From NCBI GenBank assembly GCA_016198905.1, contig JACQHR010000013.1, positions 70,153-134,152 on the forward strand: a stretch of DNA of 64,000 nt, written 5' to 3'. How positions within the stretch are numbered: position 1 is the stretch's first letter; each line of letters begins with the position of its first letter. This stretch comes from Candidatus Omnitrophota bacterium. GTDB taxonomy: Bacteria; Omnitrophota; Gorgyraeia; Aquiviventales; Aquiviventaceae. Below are positions 19,300-26,640 of the stretch, in pieces. The notes under the pieces were generated by a model that had not been told where the DNA came from, ran no database searches, and was given only the letters and a program-made list of their open reading frames with translations. The translations under genes and the position numbers were made by a program.

Positions 19300-19610
19300 T
19301 TACAGCAGGACGTGATATCCCCATTCCCTGAGCAATGCTCTCGTCTTCTCAAGGTTTCGGTCTGTCGGTTTCACACCCCTGAGTTCCCAGTTAATAATCG
19401 TGTCGGGACTTACTCCAACGAGCTCTGCAAGCTCCTTAATCATGAGCCGCCGATCCATGCGGGCCTTGCGGATACGCTCGCCGAGGGTCTTGGGATGCTT
19501 CGGATATTTGGGATCAAGTCCAACGAGATTGATGTGGAGTCAAGAGTGTAGACCAAAGGATTCGGCATCACTTCGCCATCTCCGATGACCCGTTGCTTAT
19601 CTCCAAGCAT
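19300..19610 (-). pseudogene. XRE-family HTH paralog copy 2, frameshifted
   Basis: The N-terminal part (MLGDKQRVIGDGEVMPNPLVYTLDST) and the HTH part (INLVGLDPKYPKHPKTLGERIRKARMDRRLMIKELAELVGVSPDTIINWELRGVKPTDRNLEKTRALLREWGYHVLL) are in different frames. A TGA lies just upstream in the HTH frame. Confidence 0.55.
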
Positions 19611-19745
19611 GCTTCTCCGAATCTCATCGTGTCGCCAAAAGCAAAAGAAAGACCCTCGCCTGGTAGGGTACTGTTCAGGCCGCACCCAATGACGCCAACT
19701 AGCATTACTGTTGGAGGGAGGATTTTGTGGTCGGCCCTCCCACAC

Positions 19746-20681
19746 TCAAAACTCTAGGGCGATGCCAGTCCGGATCAAATCATCGCTCACGCCGGTCAAC
19801 CCGAAGGCAGCCCCAACATGAATCATCACATGCTCCGAGGGATGGAACATCAGAATTGGCGAGAGATAGTGCGGCTGCATTTCAAACGGGCCGCCAAAGG
19901 CGCGGCTATTGCCCAGTCCGCCGAAGAGTTCCACCCCGATGGCTGCCGGTTTCCAGCGGCCGGCGAGGGTCGGCTGACCTGCCGGCAACCCATGCCTGCC
20001 ATGATGCGCCAGATGACTTGCGCTGTGATCCGCGGGATGCTCGTCATCTTCATCCTCATCTTCATGATGATGATCGCTCAAACTGTAGCGCAGGCCTAGC
20101 GCGTATCCGAAATCCGTGAAGCCGCTGCGGCGCATGTCCGTCTCGTTGATCCAGTTGAACGCCACGTTGAGCCGCCCGACGTCGCGCGAGAGAACGAGCC
20201 GGGTCTCCATGATACGTTCACGCTGATCCTCCTCCGGCGGCTCGCCCTTGCCGTCTTCCCGGCCGCTGACCTCCATCTTGAACCGCGTCTTGGGATCCAA
20301 GTCCTCGTACTCCATGTATAGCATCGGGTTAAGGAACCAGTTCTTATCCTTGAGGAGCCGGTAGCGGTTCTCCCACCGGAAGCCGGTGAATTTGCCGTAG
20401 CTGTGCGTGACATCCTCGAAGCCTTCCAGCATCACCTCGGTCGCGAACTGCTCGGTCACCCCATACTCCAATTCCAGCATGTTGGAGAAGTAGCCGCCAA
20501 GCTTCTCCTCCTCTGAGCGCTCCGCCGGCTCGGTAAAATCATTCATCACCATCAGCTCGGTCTCACCCTTCTCAACGTGGTGATTGTAGGTGACGAAGTA
20601 GATGTCATTTCCTGCCCAAGCCAACGCGGGCCCGACGACCATGCTTCCAGCAACAGCCAGTGCCACCACGCTCATCCGCAT
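19746..20681 (-). CDS. putative outer-membrane barrel with His/Asp/Glu-rich loop
   Basis: 311 aa. Signal peptide ...PALAWAG, loop SDHHHEDEDEDDEHPADHSASHLAHHGRHG, C-terminal GIALEF. GGGAGGG RBS. Confidence 0.55.
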   Translation of the reverse strand: MRMSVVALAVAGSMVVGPALAWAGNDIYFVTYNHHVEKGETELMVMNDFTEPAERSEEEKLGGYFSNMLELEYGVTEQFATEVMLEGFEDVTHSYGKFTGFRWENRYRLLKDKNWFLNPMLYMEYEDLDPKTRFKMEVSGREDGKGEPPEEDQRERIMETRLVLSRDVGRLNVAFNWINETDMRRSGFTDFGYALGLRYSLSDHHHEDEDEDDEHPADHSASHLAHHGRHGLPAGQPTLAGRWKPAAIGVELFGGLGNSRAFGGPFEMQPHYLSPILMFHPSEHVMIHVGAAFGLTGVSDDLIRTGIALEF

Positions 20682-20684
20682 CGC

Positions 20685-20876
20685 TCAGCCCTCCCTGCTG
20701 TGTGGTTTGACAAATGGGCTCTGGATGCTGGGATCGCGGGCCGCTCTGTTTTCCGGTTGCCATGCAAACATCATCACCCGCTTGCAGCGCGGGCACTTCA
20801 GCTCAAGCCCCTGGGGTGTGCGCCTGGCGATCAGGCGGCCGCAGTCGCACCGCGCCTCAATCACCGGAGTGCTCAT
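20685..20876 (-). CDS. small zinc-ribbon protein (Mu Com-like CxC...CPRC)
   Basis: 63 aa. ARCDCGRLIARRTPQGLELKCPRCKRVM resembles the Com-type zinc finger. Confidence 0.45.
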   Translation of the reverse strand: MSTPVIEARCDCGRLIARRTPQGLELKCPRCKRVMMFAWQPENRAARDPSIQSPFVKPHSREG

Positions 20877-21066
20877 TCAGGGAGTGATAATTGATGCCGT
20901 CGAAATTGGTAAGTTGGCTCAGGGCATGCTGAGCACTCCACGGCAGCACGATATCCACGTGATCGATGATCTGTCCCGCCGCCGAGCGGCGCACTCCATG
21001 GAGCATGAATTGCATGTCCTTGATGCAAAGCTTAACTTCGTCGAGCTTCAAGCGGATATCCGCCAT
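20857..21066 (-). CDS. hypothetical 69-aa protein
   Basis: Start at MADIRLKLDEV, overlapping the upstream stop as TAATG. No motif recognised. Confidence 0.4.
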   Translation of the reverse strand: MADIRLKLDEVKLCIKDMQFMLHGVRRSAAGQIIDHVDIVLPWSAQHALSQLTNFDGINYHSLNEHSGD

Positions 21067-21293
21067 TAGTGACCTGCCTGCCGTGTGCGGTTCCGTAATC
21101 CAATCCACCAATCCCCGGCACCAGGGTGAATGCTGACGAACCCCTCTTTGAAGAGCCAGCCGAGCGCCATGAGCACGGCATCCCGAGAGCACCGACGGGA
21201 TGAGGTTAACTGCTCCACAGGAACGTTGCCGGCATGCTGCTCAAGCGCGGAGAGAATCTCGCCTGCTGTCATGCTCACTTCGATGACACTCAT
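21066..21293 (-). CDS. winged-helix protein (DUF2582-like)
   Basis: MTAGEILSALEQ...AVLMALGWLFKEGFVSI pattern. Start placed at the internal Met of ORF 21066..21347. Confidence 0.5.
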   Translation of the reverse strand: MSVIEVSMTAGEILSALEQHAGNVPVEQLTSSRRCSRDAVLMALGWLFKEGFVSIHPGAGDWWIGLRNRTRQAGH

Positions 21294-21324
21294 GGATGCT
21301 GCCTCTGTATGCCCGCGCCGCACC

Positions 21325-22098
21325 CTATGGCGCCGAGGTGCCCGCATGGTTCACCAGACCCCGCAACCGTTGCCGGCCCCACGCCAGCAGGAGCCATCCC
21401 ATGCAGATGACCACCGTCACGATGGAGAACCATTTCCCGTAGAGGCCGTCCGGCGAGAAGGGCTCGGTCGCCAGATGAAACGCCTCGCTACCGGGGAAGA
21501 CGCCCGCTTCGCTCAATTCGTGAAGGGCATAGATGAAAACCTGGCCTAAGAACAAAAGCAGGAAGATGCTCGTGACCTGAAAGAACAGCTTCAGGTTGAT
21601 CAGGTGGCTGCACCGCACCCATAGCATCGCCAGGAGAGCCGTACAGAGCAGGCCCAGCCCGGCGCCTGTCAGGAAGGCGGGATCGCGCACCTGAAGGAGC
21701 ATCAGGGCGGTCTCGATCCCCTCGCGGGTGATCATCAAGACGGTAAAGAGGAATACTCCCGCGATGGCCCAGCGGGTTGAGGGCCGGGACGAGAGTGTGT
21801 GGAGTTTTTGTTCCGTCTCCTGCTTGAGATACCGTCCGTACCGCCACATCTGCATCACCAGCATGGACACGAAGCCCACGGCGATCAGGCCGAGGAGGCC
21901 TTCCCAGAGCGGATCATAGCCCCGTTGGGACAGGCCCGCTCCCAAGCCGGCGCTGGCCGCCAGCGACACCCCGATGCCCCAATAGACCGCGGGCAACAGT
22001 TGACGACGGTTGATCTTCAGGAGGTAGGCCACGATGATCGAGACGATCAGAAACGCCTCGAATCCTTCCCGTAATACGATCACGAAGGCTTGGAACAT
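21325..22098 (-). CDS. FTR1 family high-affinity iron permease
   Basis: Start at MFQAFVIVLREGFEAFL with a GAGAGGAG RBS. Two REXXE motifs (REGFE, REGIE). About 7 TM helices. Confidence 0.85.
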   Translation of the reverse strand: MFQAFVIVLREGFEAFLIVSIIVAYLLKINRRQLLPAVYWGIGVSLAASAGLGAGLSQRGYDPLWEGLLGLIAVGFVSMLVMQMWRYGRYLKQETEQKLHTLSSRPSTRWAIAGVFLFTVLMITREGIETALMLLQVRDPAFLTGAGLGLLCTALLAMLWVRCSHLINLKLFFQVTSIFLLLFLGQVFIYALHELSEAGVFPGSEAFHLATEPFSPDGLYGKWFSIVTVVICMGWLLLAWGRQRLRGLVNHAGTSAP

Positions 22099-22254
22099 TT
22101 GGTGCTCCTCTCGTTGAATGGACCTGCGATGCAGATGCGCAATAGCACACTCAATGCGGATAGGTTGGGACTGGCTTGCGGAACTGTCGTGGGTTGGGAA
22201 GGTATACAAGCCGCCCGCAACGCGGAAGATTGCAGATTGGCGGGATGGTGTGTC

Positions 22255-22530
22255 TTAGTGCGTAGGAAGCACGACACCGGAGGCATGACCATTATGCTCG
22301 ATGAATGGTCGCTTGCCTCCAGCGGTCTGGTCGGCGAACGAGGGGTGATTGGTGCGGCCGCCTGAGAGCAGGTGGGCCTTGTGGTCCAATCGAATCTTCT
22401 GGGTGGCTTCAATCTGCACGACCCGCGCATCGTGGATGGTGATCTGGACGGAGCCGAATCGGACTCCCTCAATCGCTTCCGCGATCTGCAGCAGGGTTGC
22501 TTCAGACACGACGCTCGGTTGCGCTCTCAT
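22255..22530 (-). CDS. YezD/DUF2292-like small protein
   Basis: GSVQITIHDARVVQIEATQKIRLD core. Start placed 2 nt after the fur stop. Confidence 0.55.
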   Translation of the reverse strand: MRAQPSVVSEATLLQIAEAIEGVRFGSVQITIHDARVVQIEATQKIRLDHKAHLLSGGRTNHPSFADQTAGGKRPFIEHNGHASGVVLPTH

Positions 22531-22532
22531 CG

Positions 22533-23012
22533 TTACGCCACGATCTCTTCGACGTGCAGCTCCGGTTCTTTGCGGATCGGCGTGCCGTGCTGCTTCTGGC
22601 AGCTCCCGCACAGTCCATAGAGCTTATGGGTGTGCGACAACAGGGTGTACCCGTAACGCTTCGCCGCTTGTTCTTGCATGGGTTCCCACCGCGGCTCTTG
22701 GAATTCGATGATTTCTCCACAGCGCATGCACATCAGATGATCGTGATGGGCCTTGCCGTAGGTGACTTCATAGTAGGGCGGCCCGTAGCGGAAATCGTGC
22801 TTCTCGACCAGACCGGCATCCTGCAGGAGCGTCAGGGTGCGAAACACCGTCATCCGCGACACCGAAGCGTCAATGCGTCGAACATCTTTGACGAGCTCCT
22901 CGGCGGAAAAGTGCAAATGGTTCACCGCCCGACGGAGGATGAGCTGCCGCTCCGACGTGAGCCGGATGCCTTTCTCCTTTAATACTTGGGTGACTGAAAT
23001 GAGCCTGTTCAT
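22533..23012 (-). CDS. fur: Fur family transcriptional repressor
   Basis: 159 aa. RMTVFRTLTLLQDAGLV HTH, HHDHLMCMRCG and CGSC metal sites. Confidence 0.9.
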   Translation of the reverse strand: MNRLISVTQVLKEKGIRLTSERQLILRRAVNHLHFSAEELVKDVRRIDASVSRMTVFRTLTLLQDAGLVEKHDFRYGPPYYEVTYGKAHHDHLMCMRCGEIIEFQEPRWEPMQEQAAKRYGYTLLSHTHKLYGLCGSCQKQHGTPIRKEPELHVEEIVA

Positions 23013-23036
23013 TTTACTTGATACTCAGTAACAGGT

Positions 23037-23064
23037 ATTCTATAATCATTTGGTCTATTGTCAA
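23037..23064 (-). promoter_or_regulatory. candidate fur promoter (TTGACA-16-TAGAAT) overlapping a Fur-box-like AATGATTATAGAAT
   Basis: Minus-strand read: cTTGACAatagaccaaatgattaTAGAATacc. The half-site ATAATCATT matches the Fur-box core. Confidence 0.4.
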
Positions 23065-23094
23065 GCAAAAATGCGTGTCGGGAAACACACGCCG

Positions 23095-23123
23095 TTGACA
23101 TGAGCAGAATGGCTGCCTATAGT
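23095..23123 (+). promoter_or_regulatory. candidate sigma-70 promoter for the ferritin-like gene
   Basis: TTGACA, a 17-nt spacer, then TATAGT. Confidence 0.45.
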
Positions 23124-23175
23124 GAGTCCCTGCACCGGCTATGTCGCACGAGTTTCAAACAAAGAGGGGGAACCA

Positions 23176-23595
23176 ATGGTGCCGGACGTGAAGAAACTCT
23201 TGGTGCTGCTCAATGAAGGTTTGGAGATGGAATACGCGAGCCAAATCCAGTACCTGACTCAGGCGGCGATCACCAAAGGACCGTATGCAGAAGGATTAAT
23301 CGCCAGGTTCAAAGAAATCGCAGGTGACGAAGCGGAGCACGCCGACATCCTCCGCCAGCGAATCGTCGCGTTAGGTGGAACGCCGACGACGAAGGTCGGC
23401 GACATCCAGATTCACCCCGATTCTCTGAAAGCCGTCCAGATCAACCTGAAATACGAAAAGGACACTGTAGAGTTCTACCGCAAGATTCTCAATCTCATTT
23501 CCTCTGATCACCCCATCCTCTACGAAGCAATCGAGCATATCCTTGAGGACAGCGAAGAACACGTCGAAGAGTTGGAGCGGCTGGTAGGCAAGTGA
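23176..23595 (+). CDS. ferritin-like domain protein (bacterioferritin/Dps-like four-helix bundle)
   Basis: Start at MVPDVKK behind AAAGAGGGGG. EMEYASQIQY, GDEAEHADIL and EDSEEHVEEL di-iron-type ExxH motifs. Confidence 0.7.
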   Translation: MVPDVKKLLVLLNEGLEMEYASQIQYLTQAAITKGPYAEGLIARFKEIAGDEAEHADILRQRIVALGGTPTTKVGDIQIHPDSLKAVQINLKYEKDTVEFYRKILNLISSDHPILYEAIEHILEDSEEHVEELERLVGK

Positions 23596-23847
23596 CCGGG
23601 GTTTCTCAGAGAAACCCCAAAACCTCCCTGACCTTCCCAAGCCTCCCCCGCTTGGTTGCAGACCTCGCACTTCCCAGTTAATTACGGTATCTTCGCTCAC
23701 ACCGACGAGCGCGGCAAGCTCCTTAATCATGAGCCGCCGATCCATGCGTGCCTTGCGGATATGCTCGCCAAGCGTATGAGGCTCTTTTGGATACGCAGGA
23801 TCAAGTTCGACGAGATTAAGGTTTAGTTCGAGGAATCGTTGAAGCAT
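23371..23847 (-). CDS. XRE-family HTH paralog copy 3
   Basis: LDPAYPKEPHTLGEHIRKARMDRRLMIKELAALVGVSEDTVINWEVR. About 50 nt are near-identical to copy 2. The called 3-prime 225 nt run antisense through the hairpin and the ferritin-like gene and are probably not real. Confidence 0.5.
   Translation of the reverse strand: MLQRFLELNLNLVELDPAYPKEPHTLGEHIRKARMDRRLMIKELAALVGVSEDTVINWEVRGLQPSGGGLGRSGRFWGFSEKPRSLAYQPLQLFDVFFAVLKDMLDCFVEDGVIRGNEIENLAVELYSVLFVFQVDLDGFQRIGVNLDVADLRRRRST
23598..23618. terminator. perfect 9-bp hairpin 3 nt after the ferritin-like stop
   Basis: ggggtttct-cag-agaaacccc. No clear U tract on either strand. Confidence 0.45.
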
Positions 23848-24193
23848 GCCGATTAGGCGCGGCGATTTGTTCTAGGTGGACTTGAATCCAGTCAAAGGTT
23901 CAGAGCGAGCAGGTAGGCGTCCGGTCGTAGTCATCCAGAACGACGTCGGCAACGACGCTGCGCCCACCGTCATTGTGGCGCCGCTCACCACGAAGAGCTT
24001 CACGAAGCCCTACCCGATCAACGTCCATGTTCCCCGCGGTGTGGCCGGACTGAAAGAAAACTCCGCCGTCTTGCTTTCTCAAATCCGCACCATTGACAAG
24101 ATCCGCCTGGATCGCAAAATCGGCCACCTACCGCCCTCCCACCTCAAACAGACTGACCAGGCCATCTGCATCAGCCTCGGCCTCACGTTGTGA
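23846..24193 (+). pseudogene. mazF: MazF/PemK-family toxin interrupted by an amber codon at codon 10
   Basis: ATG at 23846 reads [35 protein letters not shown].... TAG at 23873 sits where family members have Trp (TGG). The ORF track restarts at GTG 23876. Confidence 0.65.
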
Positions 24194-24206
24194 AGCTCGT
24201 CCCTTC

Positions 24207-24252
24207 CAAAAATGAAAAGGCCCCGCCGCAGGACAGAACCTGCGTGGGAGCC
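24207..24252 (-). terminator. intrinsic terminator closing the Ehr operon
   Basis: Minus-strand read: GGCTCCCACGCAGG-ttctgt-CCTGCGGCGGGGCC followed by TTTTCATTTTT. Confidence 0.65.
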
Positions 24253-24340
24253 TCTTCGTGGTGACCTACACTACAGATACACCGTGACTCTAAACGGTGC
24301 CAGCTACTGCGCGCCTGGTACCTTTCCTGGCATCTTTCTC

Positions 24341-25108
24341 CTATCGCGTTCCGTTCTCAATCCGACCAAGTAGACGCAGCATCCCATCAAGGATCGTCAG
24401 CGGATGCGGCGGGCAGCCGGGGATGTAGAGATCAACCGGCAGGAACTGTTCCGCCCCGTTATACACCTCTGGACCGTCTCGGAACGGGCCCCCGCTGATC
24501 GCACAGGCTCCGACCGCGATGACCAGCTTCGGAGATGGAACGGCCTCATAGGTTTTGAGCAGCGCCGTGCGCATGTTCTCCGTCACAGGCCCGGTCACGA
24601 TGAGTCCGTCTGCATGGCGCGGAGAAGCAACGAATTGAATGCCGAAGCGGCCCAGGTCAAAGACAACGTTGTTCAGCGCCTGCAGCTCCATCTCGCAGCC
24701 GTTGCAACTGCCGGCGCAGACCTCGCGCAACTTCAGCGAACGGCCAAAGAGCCTGCGCGTTTTTTCTTCGAGCGCCAAAACCTTGGGGATTTCATCACTC
24801 CGCAGAATGAGACTCTTGCGTGTTGTCGCAGCCAGCCTGAAGTCAGCCGTATACGTGATGGCCTGCTCGGGACAAGCCATGACGCATTCCTGGCAGAACA
24901 GGCAGCGCCCGAGATCAAGCTGCACTGTTCCATTCGCCTGAATCGCCTGAGTCGGACACGCCTCAGCGCATTGTTGACAGTTGGCCGGGCATTGCTTGCT
25001 GTCAATGGTCGGACGACCGCGAAAGCGCTCCGGGAGTTTCGCCTCTGCACCAGGAAACGCGAGCGTCCGACACCCTTGCTCAATTCGCGTAGCAATGATG
25101 TTCAGCAT
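24341..25108 (-). CDS. ehrS: Ehr small subunit: 2x[4Fe-4S] ferredoxin fused to NuoB/HycG-like domain
   Basis: CPANCQQCAEACP and CLFCQECVMACP, then CAGSCNGCEME, GACAISGG and PGCPPHP. Confidence 0.8.
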   Translation of the reverse strand: MLNIIATRIEQGCRTLAFPGAEAKLPERFRGRPTIDSKQCPANCQQCAEACPTQAIQANGTVQLDLGRCLFCQECVMACPEQAITYTADFRLAATTRKSLILRSDEIPKVLALEEKTRRLFGRSLKLREVCAGSCNGCEMELQALNNVVFDLGRFGIQFVASPRHADGLIVTGPVTENMRTALLKTYEAVPSPKLVIAVGACAISGGPFRDGPEVYNGAEQFLPVDLYIPGCPPHPLTILDGMLRLLGRIENGTR

Positions 25109-25119
25109 CGACAGGCTCC

Positions 25120-26640
25120 TTACAAATCGTGCCCGGCATACGAGAGGTTGAAGCTCTTATTGCACAACGGAAAATCCGAGATCTCACCATTCCGCAAAGC
25201 CATCGCCAGTCCCATCCAATTGTGAAATGAAGGGTCGACGATCTTGTATCGGGCGATGCCGCCCTTCGCATCCGTCATCACGACGTGCACAATTTCCCCG
25301 CGCCATCCTTCCACCATGGAGAACGCAACGCTGTCCGCCTTCATCTGCGGACACGGCACGCGCAACTCGCCTTCCGGCAGGCTGGTCAGTTGCTCCAGCA
25401 GGAATTCCAACGACCGCTCTGCCTCAAGCCAGCGGATGAGCGCCCGCGCATGCACGTCTCCGGTGTCAGCCGTCATCATGGGAAGATGGGCAAACTGATA
25501 GATGCCTGAGGGATGGTCATGCCGGATGTCACGATGGCTTCCGCATGCCCTAGCTGCCGGTCCAACAAGCCCAAGTTCCTCGCTCACTTGTTCCGTGAGC
25601 ATGCCAGTACCTTCAAACCGATCAATGACGGATGGCGTGTCAAAGAGCATGCGTGCAAATGTCCGTAACTCCTTCTGAGCCCGCTTCATCCTCTTCTCGA
25701 AATCTACCAGCAACACTCCACTGAGGTCATGCAGCACGCCACCGGCACGCAGAAAGCTTCGACCATAGCGGCTGCCGGTCAGCTCCATGAGCAGGTTGAG
25801 ACATTCGCCGCGTAGGCGCCCGAAATAGGCGGCGGCGGGTAAGAATCCCACGTCGGTGCCCAATGCTCCCAGATCGCCAACATGATTCGCCAGCCGCTCA
25901 AGCTCAAGCGCGATACCGCGTAAGGCCTGCGCTCTGGGACTGATCTGGCAGCCGCCAAGCGATTCCATGACTTCGCAGAAGGCGAGGGCATGACCGATGA
26001 CCGTATCACCGGCAATCGATTCAGCCAGGACAGACATCCGCTGTGAGAGACCGCCTGCAAGCATCCGCTCAATGCCGCGATGCTGATAGCCCAGCTGAAT
26101 CTCAAGATGCAGCACCCGCTCGCCATGACACTGGAAGCGGAAGTGGCCCGGCTCGATGATGCCGGCGTGCACCGGACCCACAGCGACCTCATGAATTTCG
26201 CTGCCCTTCACATGGAAGAAGGGGTAGCTGCCGGGGATCGGAGATGCGGCATCCTGTCCGGGCCATAGATCCGACGCGCCACGGTAGTTGCGATGATGCC
26301 TGAGAGGCTTCAACCATGGATGCCCTGCCGGCTTGATGGCAAACTGCTCAGCCAGCTCCCGCTCAAACCAATGCGCCTGGGGGCACTCAGGCGTGAGGGA
26401 TGGATACGAATCCTGTACCATCGTCCCAATCGCTGCACATTCCCCCGTCTCGTCGTGGGCCAGCAGAGCGTACACTTTCACCTGTTTCCCGTTGATCAGT
26501 CGGCCAAAGAACGCTGACAGGCGCGCACCCTCTTTTACCGCGAGAAGCACTGCGTCGCGGAATGCCGGTATCGGCAGCACCGGAACGGCTGCCTCATCAA
26601 CAGCCTGAGGATTCTTGAGGGACAGAGGCGCTGGGATCAC
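25120..26640 (-). CDS. ehrL: Ehr large subunit: NuoC + NuoD/HycE-like fusion lacking NiFe ligands
   Basis: VGPVHAGIIEPGHFRF and GPAARACGSHRDIR hallmarks. No CxxC anywhere. C-terminus is DFPLCNKSFNLSYAGHDL. Confidence 0.8.
   Translation of the reverse strand: MIPAPLSLKNPQAVDEAAVPVLPIPAFRDAVLLAVKEGARLSAFFGRLINGKQVKVYALLAHDETGECAAIGTMVQDSYPSLTPECPQAHWFERELAEQFAIKPAGHPWLKPLRHHRNYRGASDLWPGQDAASPIPGSYPFFHVKGSEIHEVAVGPVHAGIIEPGHFRFQCHGERVLHLEIQLGYQHRGIERMLAGGLSQRMSVLAESIAGDTVIGHALAFCEVMESLGGCQISPRAQALRGIALELERLANHVGDLGALGTDVGFLPAAAYFGRLRGECLNLLMELTGSRYGRSFLRAGGVLHDLSGVLLVDFEKRMKRAQKELRTFARMLFDTPSVIDRFEGTGMLTEQVSEELGLVGPAARACGSHRDIRHDHPSGIYQFAHLPMMTADTGDVHARALIRWLEAERSLEFLLEQLTSLPEGELRVPCPQMKADSVAFSMVEGWRGEIVHVVMTDAKGGIARYKIVDPSFHNWMGLAMALRNGEISDFPLCNKSFNLSYAGHDL

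Noticed and set aside
25120-26640. Calling the large subunit a genuine group-4 NiFe hydrogenase (HyfG/HycE)
   Set aside because: The protein has no CxxC pair at all and lacks the C-terminal DPCxxC motif, so NiFe ligation is impossible as read.
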